Source of the DNA: an uncultured Christensenellaceae bacterium
GTDB lineage: Bacteria; Bacillota; Clostridia; Christensenellales; Christensenellaceae
NCBI GenBank assembly: GCA_964428055.1
Contig: CAYRWM010000013.1
Span: forward strand, 1 to 24,000
Reading direction: 5' to 3'
DNA length: 24,000 bases
Shown: piece by piece, positions 8,931-16,632 of the stretch
Layout of the letters: each line of letters begins with the position of its first letter
Numbering within the stretch: position 1 is the first letter of the stretch
Notes under the pieces: generated by a model
What the model was told of the DNA's origin: nothing
Database searches by the model: none
Seen by the model: the letters and a program-made list of their open reading frames with translations, nothing else
Position numbers and translations under genes: made by a program

Positions 8931-11714
8931 ATGAGAACAAGTTTTTATACTAATTATAGTGATACAAAGTTTTTAGATAGAATTAAGCATAATCTCGATA
9001 CTTGTAAGAGATTCTATTTCTCAGTCAGCTTTATTAAAAAAGCCGGATTACAATTAATCTCTTCAAATATCGAGGCAGCTCTCAATAGGGGAGCTAAAGG
9101 CTATCTAATAACATCCACTTATCAGAATTTCACTGACATTGAGTCATTATCGTATTTCTATAACCTTCAGTGCAGATTTGATGGTTCATTCTTTGTACAT
9201 TTAGATAAGGATTGCTTTCATGATATTAATGGAAATACAATGGGTTTTCACTCAAAAGGATACCTGTTTGATTTTGGGGATCTAAAAGAAATACTAGTGG
9301 GTTCATCAAATATAACACTGTATGCTTTGTTGAAAAACGTTGAATGGGATATTTCCGTTGCAGATTCTGATGAGAATACTACATACGCAGAAGCAAAAAG
9401 AGAGTTCGATTATCTGTGGGATCAAACGCTACCACTTTCTGAAGAAATAATTAATGAATATAGGACACGGCTTTACTATTCTATCGAACGATGGGATATG
9501 GATTATAGTATAGCTAATTCAGAATTCAAACCAAATTACATGCAGCGAAAAGCATTAAAAGAATTAAACCGTATTAGAGCGATGGGAGCAACAAAGGCTC
9601 TAGCTATTGCTTCAGCCGGAAGTGGTAAAACTGCGCTAGCAGCTTTTGACGCCTTAAACTTTAACCCAAGAAAGCTACTGTATATTGTCCAAGAAGGTTC
9701 TATACTTATGCGAGCATATGAGACTTTCCAAAGGGTTTTTGGAAATGACAGGACTTATGGCATCTACAATGGTGAATACAAAGAACTAGATGCAGATTTT
9801 GTTTTTTCAACAAACATCACAATGGCTAATTCGTTGGAATTGTTTGATAAGCATCATTGGGATTACTGTGTAATAGATGAGTGCCATCGTGCAGCTGCAG
9901 AAACTTATAAAAAAATAATAGAGTATTTTGAACCTCAATTCCTTTTGGGAATTACAGCAACCCCTGAGCGGATGGATGGCAAGGATGTATTTGGTTTGTT
10001 TGATCAAAATGTCCCATATGAGCTCAGATTAAGAGACGCAATAATAAACGGATTGGTGGTGCCTTTTAAATACTATGGTATTCGAGATGAGCTAATAGAA
10101 TATGGATTAAACGAAACAAAGGGCCATAGATTCGTTGAACAGTTTTCTGATGAAAATCATTGTGACTTTATATACCACATGATAGAAAAGCATCGATTAA
10201 ATGGGCAAAAACTAAAAGCTCTAGCTTTTTGTAGGGATATATCACATGCGATACGCATGTCACAGGCCATGGGTGAGTACTATAATACCCAATATTTAAC
10301 AGGCAAAAACTCAGTTGGGGAACGAATAAGAGCATATAACGATCTTCAAAATGATAATGCTGATCTGGAGATACTGTTCACAGTAGACATTTTAAATGAG
10401 GGTGTCGATATACCTGGGGTGAACATGGTCTTATTCTTAAGGCCAACAGAATCACAAACCATTTTCATACAGCAATTAGGGCGTGGTCTAAGGACGTATG
10501 AAGGCAAAAAATTTGTTACTGTTTTAGACTTTATAGGTAATGACTATAAAAGAAGCGTCCAAATAGCATTTGCTCTTGGAAACCTAGCTGAAAACTTTGT
10601 CGTGGAGAAGAAACTCGTTGCAGCGCTTGTTGAGGATAACTATAAGAGCATAGGCCTGGATGAATACGGTGTTGAAATACATATAGATGATTTAAGTAAA
10701 AAGGAGATATTATCCTATATTGATGAGGTCAATTTCAACACAAAAACTTATTTGGAACATGATTATTATAATTTCAAGAAGTATATTAACTCCGCAAGCT
10801 ATCCACAGCATGTAGATTACTTAAATAATGATTTTGCTCCTGACTTTATTAGGTTTATTCAATCCAAGATAGGTGGTCGAAAGTGCTCGTCTTATTATGG
10901 ATTCTTAAAGGCGATAGGAGAGGAAGATTTGCCGTCATTTGATGAGCGCCAAGAAGCGTTTGTAAAGTATGTTTCTGAAATGCTACCTATAGTGAGGCCA
11001 TATGAATACTTAATAATCCAAAAAGTACTGTTTGGTACTGGACATGAAAAAAGCCAGAATGTTAAAGAGTATGTTCTTAACAATATGATTGGTTATCAAG
11101 AAGATGCGTTTATTCACGCGTTAAAATACTTAAAAGAATCTGGTTATATTAAGCAAAACAAAAGTGAGATAGAATTCAATGATGTAATTATAGATACTGA
11201 AATGGATTACTATCTTAAAGATCTATTAGAATATGGATTGCGTAAATATGAAATCGATTTAGATACCATTACAGAAAACGGTTTTTGCTTGTGGAAAACA
11301 TATAGAAAAGAACAGATACAACAATTGCTATTAAAGAATCCTAGAGACATTATGAAAGGGACGAAGGTTTATAACGAAATAGCATATGCTTGTGTTACTG
11401 TGATTAAAGATAGGAACACTTTGGAGAATCTATTATATGCAGATGGATATATTGATAAAGATACGTTCCAGTGGGAAACAGTGGCAAACATTAAAGATAA
11501 TGAATTGAACTCACTGAAAAATGCTAAGTATATGGAACTATTTGTGCGCAAGGTTTCCAATGAAGACGGAATCCAGCTCCCGTTTACATATATTGGCAAA
11601 GGGACAATGGAGTACGTTGAGAACTCAAAGAAGGCAAATGGAGCACACTTGTTTAGGGTTGATATGGAGAACGAGGCTCCAGAAGATATATATTTTGATT
11701 TCAAACTACGTTAG
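8931..11714 (+). CDS. SauUSI-like Type IV (modification-dependent) restriction enzyme: PLD-family nuclease + SF2 helicase/ATPase + C-terminal DUF3427-like region
   Basis: 927 aa. RBS AGGTGAG. A single HKD motif FHSKGYLF...LVGSSNIT at 9249-9311. Walker A SAGSGKT at 9612-9632 and DECH at 9876-9887. Also ITATPER, and DILNEGVDIPGVNMVLFLRPTES..IQQLGRGLR. The C-terminal roughly 250 aa (FQWETV...ELFVRK...FTYIGKG) resembles DUF3427. The overall domain order matches S. aureus SauUSI. Confidence 0.75.
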   Translation: MRTSFYTNYSDTKFLDRIKHNLDTCKRFYFSVSFIKKAGLQLISSNIEAALNRGAKGYLITSTYQNFTDIESLSYFYNLQCRFDGSFFVHLDKDCFHDINGNTMGFHSKGYLFDFGDLKEILVGSSNITLYALLKNVEWDISVADSDENTTYAEAKREFDYLWDQTLPLSEEIINEYRTRLYYSIERWDMDYSIANSEFKPNYMQRKALKELNRIRAMGATKALAIASAGSGKTALAAFDALNFNPRKLLYIVQEGSILMRAYETFQRVFGNDRTYGIYNGEYKELDADFVFSTNITMANSLELFDKHHWDYCVIDECHRAAAETYKKIIEYFEPQFLLGITATPERMDGKDVFGLFDQNVPYELRLRDAIINGLVVPFKYYGIRDELIEYGLNETKGHRFVEQFSDENHCDFIYHMIEKHRLNGQKLKALAFCRDISHAIRMSQAMGEYYNTQYLTGKNSVGERIRAYNDLQNDNADLEILFTVDILNEGVDIPGVNMVLFLRPTESQTIFIQQLGRGLRTYEGKKFVTVLDFIGNDYKRSVQIAFALGNLAENFVVEKKLVAALVEDNYKSIGLDEYGVEIHIDDLSKKEILSYIDEVNFNTKTYLEHDYYNFKKYINSASYPQHVDYLNNDFAPDFIRFIQSKIGGRKCSSYYGFLKAIGEEDLPSFDERQEAFVKYVSEMLPIVRPYEYLIIQKVLFGTGHEKSQNVKEYVLNNMIGYQEDAFIHALKYLKESGYIKQNKSEIEFNDVIIDTEMDYYLKDLLEYGLRKYEIDLDTITENGFCLWKTYRKEQIQQLLLKNPRDIMKGTKVYNEIAYACVTVIKDRNTLENLLYADGYIDKDTFQWETVANIKDNELNSLKNAKYMELFVRKVSNEDGIQLPFTYIGKGTMEYVENSKKANGAHLFRVDMENEAPEDIYFDFKLR

Positions 11715-11722
11715 ATAATACG

Positions 11723-12121
11723 ATGGGCAATAAGAAAACTGTAAAAGTGGTAGCGGCAATAATAAAGAAAAATAATGAAGTATTTGCTACACAGCGGGGA
11801 TACGGTGATTTTAAAGACTGGTGGGAGTTCCCTGGTGGAAAAGTTGAGCTGGAAGAGGATCCTAGAGCAGCTCTAGTTAGGGAAATTAAAGAAGAACTGG
11901 ACACCGATATAGTTGTTGGAGATTACTTAACAACTGTCGAATATGAGTATTCAGATTTCTATTTATCTATGGATTGCTTCTGGTGCACCGTTAAAAGTGG
12001 CAAGCTGGAATTACTTGAACATGAAGATGCAAAATGGTTGCCAATGGATAAACTATATCAAGTTAAGTGGTTGCCAGCGGACATAGAAGTCATAAAAGCA
12101 ATTGAGGCATCAAACACTTAA
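11723..12121 (+). CDS. Nudix hydrolase, MutT/NudG-like (d)NTP pyrophosphohydrolase
   Basis: 132 aa. Nudix box GKVELEEDPRAALVREIKEELD at 11837-11902 fits GX5EX7REUXEEXGU, with D replacing the penultimate consensus G. MutT-like N-terminus VVAAIIKKNNEVFATQR. Starts 8 nt after the preceding stop. Confidence 0.85.
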   Translation: MGNKKTVKVVAAIIKKNNEVFATQRGYGDFKDWWEFPGGKVELEEDPRAALVREIKEELDTDIVVGDYLTTVEYEYSDFYLSMDCFWCTVKSGKLELLEHEDAKWLPMDKLYQVKWLPADIEVIKAIEASNT

Positions 12122-12150
12122 TTGATTATTTAACCAAAACAAAGTAATAT
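12122..12150 (+). promoter_or_regulatory. Sigma-70/SigA-type promoter candidate for the sulfhydrylase gene
   Basis: TTGATT (12122-12127), 17-nt spacer, TAATAT (12145-12150). RBS AGGAGAG precedes ATG 12190. Confidence 0.5.
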
Positions 12151-12189
12151 ATTAAATGCTTAATATCATAAAAAGCAGGAGAGAAAAGA

Positions 12190-13467
12190 ATGAGTAAACA
12201 GGGGATAGGCACTAAGTGTGTACAGGCAGGTTATTTAGCAAAGAATGGGGAACCAAGGCAGATTCCCATAATTCAGTCTACTACCTTTAGGTACGAGACC
12301 AGCGAAGAGATGGGACTGCTGTTCGATCTTGAGAAATCAGGGTATTTTTATTCTAGACTGCAGAATCCCACATGCGATATTGTCGCCGGTAAGATAGCAG
12401 AACTTGAAGGCGGCACAGCCGGTATGCTGACCGGTTCAGGACAGGCTGCCAACTTCTTCGCCATATTCAATATCTGTGAAGCTGGAGATCATATAGTATG
12501 TTCTTCAGAAATATACGGTGGCACATTTAACCTTATATCTGTCACTATGGCAAGGATGGGTATAGAATCGACATTTATTTCTCCCCATGCTTCAGCTGAA
12601 GAGATAGAAGCAGCATTCAAGCCCAATACCAAAGCTCTGTTCGGTGAGTCTATTGCCAATCCTGCGCTTTCTGTACTTGATATAGAGACATATGCAAAGG
12701 TCGCTCAGAAGATGGGGGTTCCGCTCATAGTCGACAATACTTTCCCGACTCCTGTTAACTTCAGACCAATAGAATGGGGTGCTGACATAGTTACGCATTC
12801 AACTACCAAGTATATAGACGGCCACGGTTCATGTGTGGGCGGCGTCATAGTGGACAGCGGAAAGTTTGACTGGTTCAAATACGCTGATAAGTATCCGGGT
12901 CTCACGACTCCCGATGAATCCTATCATGGTGTTGTATATGCAGAGAAATTCGGACTGGGCGGAGCATTCATAACAAAATGTGTTGCACAGCTTATGAGAG
13001 ATATGGGATGTGTCCAGTCTCCGCAGAGCGCATTTTATATCAACCTGGGACTTGAATCACTTCATGTAAGGATGCAGAGACATGTTGAGAACGGTGAAGC
13101 TGTTGCTGAATTCCTCTCAAAGCATCCGAAAGTTGAATCGGTATCATATACGGGACTTGAAGGCGATCCAAACTATGAACTCCAAAAGAAGTACATGCCC
13201 AACGGCGGATGTGGAGTTGTTTCCTTTGTAATAAAGGGCGGCAGAAAAGGCGCTGAAGAATTCATGAAGAAGCTTAAGCTCATTGCTATTGAAACTCATG
13301 TAGCCGACGCAAGATCCTGCTGTCTGAATCCTGCCAACGCAACGCACAGGCAGATGACTGATGAACAGCTTACGGCCTGTGGCATATCGCCTGGACTCAT
13401 AAGGGTATCCTGTGGTCTGGAAGACAAGGAAGACCTTATCGCTGATATAGAGAACGCACTCGGGTGA
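12190..13467 (+). CDS. metY: O-acetylhomoserine sulfhydrylase / Cys-Met metabolism PLP-dependent enzyme
   Basis: 425 aa. N-terminal YSRLQNPTCDIVAGKIAELEGG..GMLTGSGQAA. PLP-lysine motif HSTTKYIDGHG. The length and motifs are typical of OAH/OAS sulfhydrylases. Confidence 0.88.
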   Translation: MSKQGIGTKCVQAGYLAKNGEPRQIPIIQSTTFRYETSEEMGLLFDLEKSGYFYSRLQNPTCDIVAGKIAELEGGTAGMLTGSGQAANFFAIFNICEAGDHIVCSSEIYGGTFNLISVTMARMGIESTFISPHASAEEIEAAFKPNTKALFGESIANPALSVLDIETYAKVAQKMGVPLIVDNTFPTPVNFRPIEWGADIVTHSTTKYIDGHGSCVGGVIVDSGKFDWFKYADKYPGLTTPDESYHGVVYAEKFGLGGAFITKCVAQLMRDMGCVQSPQSAFYINLGLESLHVRMQRHVENGEAVAEFLSKHPKVESVSYTGLEGDPNYELQKKYMPNGGCGVVSFVIKGGRKGAEEFMKKLKLIAIETHVADARSCCLNPANATHRQMTDEQLTACGISPGLIRVSCGLEDKEDLIADIENALG

Positions 13468-13496
13468 TAATTAAAACGAACAGCTGTATTCTTCTT

Positions 13497-13530
13497 GAAG
13501 AGCATCATTGGTGGTGCTCTTCTTTATATA
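13497..13530 (+). terminator. Rho-independent terminator after the sulfhydrylase gene
   Basis: GAAGAGCA (13497-13504) pairs perfectly with TGCTCTTC (13515-13522) across a 10-nt loop. It is followed by TTTATATATT. Confidence 0.6.
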
Positions 13531-13549
13531 TTCATCTGGTTGTAAAAGA

Positions 13550-13593
13550 CGAACAAACGTTCTGTTGTATGTGGGATGATCTGGGATTATAAT
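13550..13593 (+). promoter_or_regulatory. Cheo/LexA-like operator abutting a SigA-type promoter
   Basis: CGAACAAACGTTCT (13550-13563) matches the Gram-positive SOS box core GAAC-N4-GTTC. TTGTAT (13565-13570), 17-nt spacer, TATAAT (13588-13593). Lies upstream of the CDS at 13646. Confidence 0.5.
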
Positions 13594-13645
13594 CATATCT
13601 ACAATTGGTAATGCTTTAGCCAATGCAATAACGAAGGTAAGAGAT

Positions 13646-14239
13646 ATGTCAAAGGAAAAAGAGAAAATAACAGTCGTAAAAGACATGAAAGATTTAAGAG
13701 TATTGACTACATCGGCTACTGGCCGTTTGGTTGGCATGCCTGCGGACCAATTGGAAAGTTATACAAAAGCACAGGAAGAGAGGAAGCGTTTGCTCGAACA
13801 ACAGAGCAAAGAAGATGCCAATGATAACGAAGAAAAGGAGAATAAGAATTGGAGATTCTGTGTTGTTGGGAATATAGTTCGATCACATAAAGGTTCTGAC
13901 GGAGAAACATATTACGGTACAAAGGAATTTACCGGAGGAACCAAAGTATATATAGACGGAAAAAACTGGTTCAATTTCGAAAGGACAGATATTGCTGTGA
14001 TAGGACTTAACAGATTTAAGAAATATGCAATTGAATCTGTTGATCCTCAGCTTATTGAAAATGTGCGCTTTCAGGTTATACATAAGCCTGTAGTCCTGCA
14101 AATCCTTGACTATGAAGAGTGTATAGAAGGATGGAGCTGGTGGGGAAGGACCGCTCAGGACAAGAGAGAGGCTAAAGAGTTTGCTGAGAATTGGGAGGAT
14201 CTTCTTGAGACAGTTAGAAAAAGAAACAGACCTGATTGA
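13646..14239 (+). CDS. Hypothetical protein (acidic/lysine-rich N-terminal region, C-terminal globular part); no family recognised
   Basis: 197-aa ORF. A purine-rich RBS (GAAGGTAAGAG) precedes the ATG. Co-directional with its neighbours and has its own promoter. Confidence 0.6.
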   Translation: MSKEKEKITVVKDMKDLRVLTTSATGRLVGMPADQLESYTKAQEERKRLLEQQSKEDANDNEEKENKNWRFCVVGNIVRSHKGSDGETYYGTKEFTGGTKVYIDGKNWFNFERTDIAVIGLNRFKKYAIESVDPQLIENVRFQVIHKPVVLQILDYEECIEGWSWWGRTAQDKREAKEFAENWEDLLETVRKRNRPD

Positions 14240-14327
14240 CACTTCAAGCGCCGACGTTGCTCCAACAGCAACCGCGAAAGAAGTGGAATCAAGTCTTTCT
14301 GCTGATAATGTATCACAGGAATAATAC

Positions 14328-14981
14328 GTGGTCAATAACAAAAGTTGGTTGGGTAGTGAAATGGATATAAGAAAAGAGAAACTGCATGCGATGAGTGCAG
14401 CTGAATGGAAAACATATATTGAAGATAATACCCTTTCGCCGGAAGATTTAGCTCGGTTATTCTATATGCTCCCGACTGAGGAGCTGCTTATAGATATAGA
14501 ACGCGTCCCGGAGTTGACAAAAGTGTTTTTGGAACACGGCATGGACCCTAATGGTCTCACTCGAGATGATGAGTCTGCTGATCCAGGTGGTTATTATTAT
14601 GATTGTGCTCTTATAGCATGCCTGCAGTATTGGAAAGGCGGACCGGAAGTAGAAGCTATGATGATATTGCTCGAACATGGAGCAGATCCAAATATTAAAT
14701 ATGACATTATATCAGACGAATACTATATGACAGTATTCGATTTCTTTGATGACTGTCCATATATAAATGGTAAGCAAATGGGCCCGGGTGAGTTTTATGG
14801 ACTCTTGCTTTGCTCAGCTTATGGAGGTATATGTCGTGATGGGGTTCCATCATTCGAAATGCTCACAAATGATCCGATAACAATCTTTAAGGACTATAAC
14901 AAATACTGGTTCAAATATGATGGAAAAATGTATGTTGTAGAAAAAGAGAGTGGTAAAAAGATAGCAGAATATAGATGGTAG
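14328..14981 (+). CDS. Hypothetical protein with ankyrin-repeat-like segments
   Basis: The longest ORF starts at GTG 14328; ATG 14361 (MDIRKEK...) is an alternative start. FLEHGMDPN and LLEHGADPN resemble the LLxxGADxN end of ANK repeats. Confidence 0.5.
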   Translation: MVNNKSWLGSEMDIRKEKLHAMSAAEWKTYIEDNTLSPEDLARLFYMLPTEELLIDIERVPELTKVFLEHGMDPNGLTRDDESADPGGYYYDCALIACLQYWKGGPEVEAMMILLEHGADPNIKYDIISDEYYMTVFDFFDDCPYINGKQMGPGEFYGLLLCSAYGGICRDGVPSFEMLTNDPITIFKDYNKYWFKYDGKMYVVEKESGKKIAEYRW

Positions 14982-15031
14982 TTTTACTGCGACAATCGCA
15001 TTATTTTATATATTCTCCGAAATATAAAAAG

Positions 15032-15074
15032 CGAACAAATGTACTATTGAAAACGTGATCTGATTCTTTATAAT
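15032..15074 (+). promoter_or_regulatory. Second copy of the Cheo/LexA-like operator + promoter module
   Basis: CGAACAAATGTACT (15032-15045) is GAAC-N4-GTAC, one mismatch to the core. TTGAAA (15047-15052), 16-nt spacer, TATAAT (15069-15074). Same AAAAG prefix and same 1-nt gap to the -35 as the module at 13550. Confidence 0.5.
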
Positions 15075-15106
15075 AATCATTAAGAATTGTCTGCAGCAAT
15101 CAAACT

Positions 15107-15186
15107 AATAAGATAGATCTGAGACATCGGGGGCCGTCGCTACTGGAGCGGCCAAGCCGCCACGGTTAATCAGATCTATTTTTATT
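15107..15186 (+). terminator. Long hairpin with GC-rich structured core and U-tract: intrinsic terminator / leader attenuator / small palindromic element
   Basis: The arms at 15110-15122 and 15170-15182 pair over 13 bp (one G-U), and each contains AGATCT. They enclose the 47-nt core GACATCGGGGGCCGTCGCTACTGGAGCGGCCAAGCCGCCACGGTTAA, which has an inner GGCCG/CGGCC stem. The 3' arm ends in TTTTT. It lies between the promoter at 15047-15074 and the CDS at 15260. Confidence 0.5.
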
Positions 15187-15259
15187 GGTTCAGGCGGAGC
15201 TATTGTCATCTTTATTATTCCTTCCGAAAAATATATAATAGTCTTTGGAAGGAAATGTT

Positions 15260-16015
15260 ATGAAAAAAGACACTCCAAAGAAGATAAGAGGCATAATCTA
15301 CATAATAATGGCCGTGCTTAACATAGCGTACGGCATTGTAGTCCGGGCTGTGCATTCGGAGCATATCAGTTTTATGCTCTGGATAGGCATCGGCATCTTC
15401 TTTATAATCGCCTATCTTTTCTGCAGATTCGATGTATTAAAACGCTTACCCAAGGTCATTTCGATAATAATAATTGCTGTCCTGATCATAGGACTCGTGC
15501 TGTTCGCCGTGGCTGAAATAAACGTTGTGAGCCACTTCGGTGACAAGGCTCCGGAAGGCCTTGATTACGTTATCGTTCTGGGTGCCGGCATAGACGGCCA
15601 TGAGCCCAGCCCGTCCTTAAAGTACAGGCTGGATGCGGCGTATGATTATCTGAAAGGTAATCCGGATACCGTATGTATCCTCACGGGCGGAAGGGGAGAC
15701 GACGAGGAATACTCGGAAGCCGAAGTCATGTATGACTATATGGCGGCAAAGGGTATAGAAGACAGCAGGATGATCGTTGAGGACAAGGCTCTGGATACTA
15801 TTGAAAATATAAGGAACTCGAAAGAGTATATAGTGCCGGAAGGGTCTTCCGTAGGCATAGTCACGAATAACTATCATGTCTTCAGGGCTTTAAGGATTGC
15901 TGAAAAACATGGCCTTAAGAATGTATATGGGATGGCGGCTGACGCACCCGCGGCGTTCGTGCCCCACAATATGGTCAAGGAAGCCATAAGTCTTGCAGCA
16001 ATGTATGTATCATAG
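15260..16015 (+). CDS. DUF218 / YdcF-SanA-like membrane-anchored protein
   Basis: The ORF is open from TTG 15245, but ATG 15260 (MKKDTPKK) follows GGAAGGA. N-terminal TM helices. DUF218 pattern YVIVLGAG...PSPSLKYRLDAA...ILTGGRG....SEAEVM..Y....GI......VEDKALDTIEN. Confidence 0.75.
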   Translation: MKKDTPKKIRGIIYIIMAVLNIAYGIVVRAVHSEHISFMLWIGIGIFFIIAYLFCRFDVLKRLPKVISIIIIAVLIIGLVLFAVAEINVVSHFGDKAPEGLDYVIVLGAGIDGHEPSPSLKYRLDAAYDYLKGNPDTVCILTGGRGDDEEYSEAEVMYDYMAAKGIEDSRMIVEDKALDTIENIRNSKEYIVPEGSSVGIVTNNYHVFRALRIAEKHGLKNVYGMAADAPAAFVPHNMVKEAISLAAMYVS

Positions 16016-16032
16016 GGAAAAGGAGAAAAGTA

Positions 16033-16617
16033 ATGGGTCTGTTCGGATTCGGCAAAAAGAACAAGGAAAAGGAAGTACTTAAAAAACAGGAGCAGTCTTT
16101 CAGCGAAAAGGCTGCCGCAAAGAGACCCGACGGGGCAGTGACGGACAAGGAGCTCCTTCAGACGTTTTCGGCGTATTTCGCTCCCAATAAGGATTTCTAT
16201 TCAGTTCCCGGCAGCGACAATTTCAACGCGTATTTCGGCGTTGTGAACGACGCCAGGGACGAGATGATAAATAACCCCAAGCTTTTTGAAGAGGCGACAA
16301 AATGGAGATTCAGCGACCTTATAGACATGCTGAAGAATCCGGAGCCCGGCTTTACCAACATGAAGGTGTGCGGCCTCATATTCAAGCTGGGTGAATTTGC
16401 CGTCGTAAAGGACGCCGTGTGGTGTGTGGACTTCGCCCAGGCGATACCGAACTGTATAGCCCTGTATCTGCTCCTGACAGCGCACAGGGAGCCTGAAGAT
16501 AAGAGAAAGCAGCTCATAGACGCAGGGGAGGGGACGGACACAGAAGCCTTACAGAAGGCGATAGACGCTCTTAAGATACTGGATCCCGCATGGGAACCCA
16601 AGGTCTGGGAAGTATAA
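16033..16617 (+). CDS. Hypothetical protein, no family recognised
   Basis: 194-aa ORF. RBS AAGGAGAA. 17 nt after the DUF218 gene and 15 nt before the CPBP gene, so it looks like one operon. Confidence 0.6.
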   Translation: MGLFGFGKKNKEKEVLKKQEQSFSEKAAAKRPDGAVTDKELLQTFSAYFAPNKDFYSVPGSDNFNAYFGVVNDARDEMINNPKLFEEATKWRFSDLIDMLKNPEPGFTNMKVCGLIFKLGEFAVVKDAVWCVDFAQAIPNCIALYLLLTAHREPEDKRKQLIDAGEGTDTEALQKAIDALKILDPAWEPKVWEV

Positions 16618-16632
16618 CACCAGGGGAGAGAC

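Noticed and set aside
12122-12189. Search for an S-box (SAM) riboswitch or T-box leader upstream of the sulfhydrylase gene
   Set aside because: The intergenic region is only 68 nt and holds just a promoter-like TTGATT-17-TAATAT and an RBS. There is no room for such a leader and none of its conserved motifs are present.
13471-14341. Minus-strand ORFs 13471-13737 (88 aa), 13716-13922 and 13883-14341 (152 aa)
   Set aside because: They overlap the promoter/operator region and the 197-aa + strand gene. They have no RBS and no recognisable motifs, and they would be the only minus-strand genes in 24 kb.
15107-15186. The structured element as a tRNA or other small RNA gene, or as a known riboswitch class
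   Set aside because: It has no T-loop (GTTCRANYC), D-loop or anticodon-arm geometry. I could not match the core to riboswitch consensus sequences I know. It is kept only as an unclassified hairpin/attenuator.
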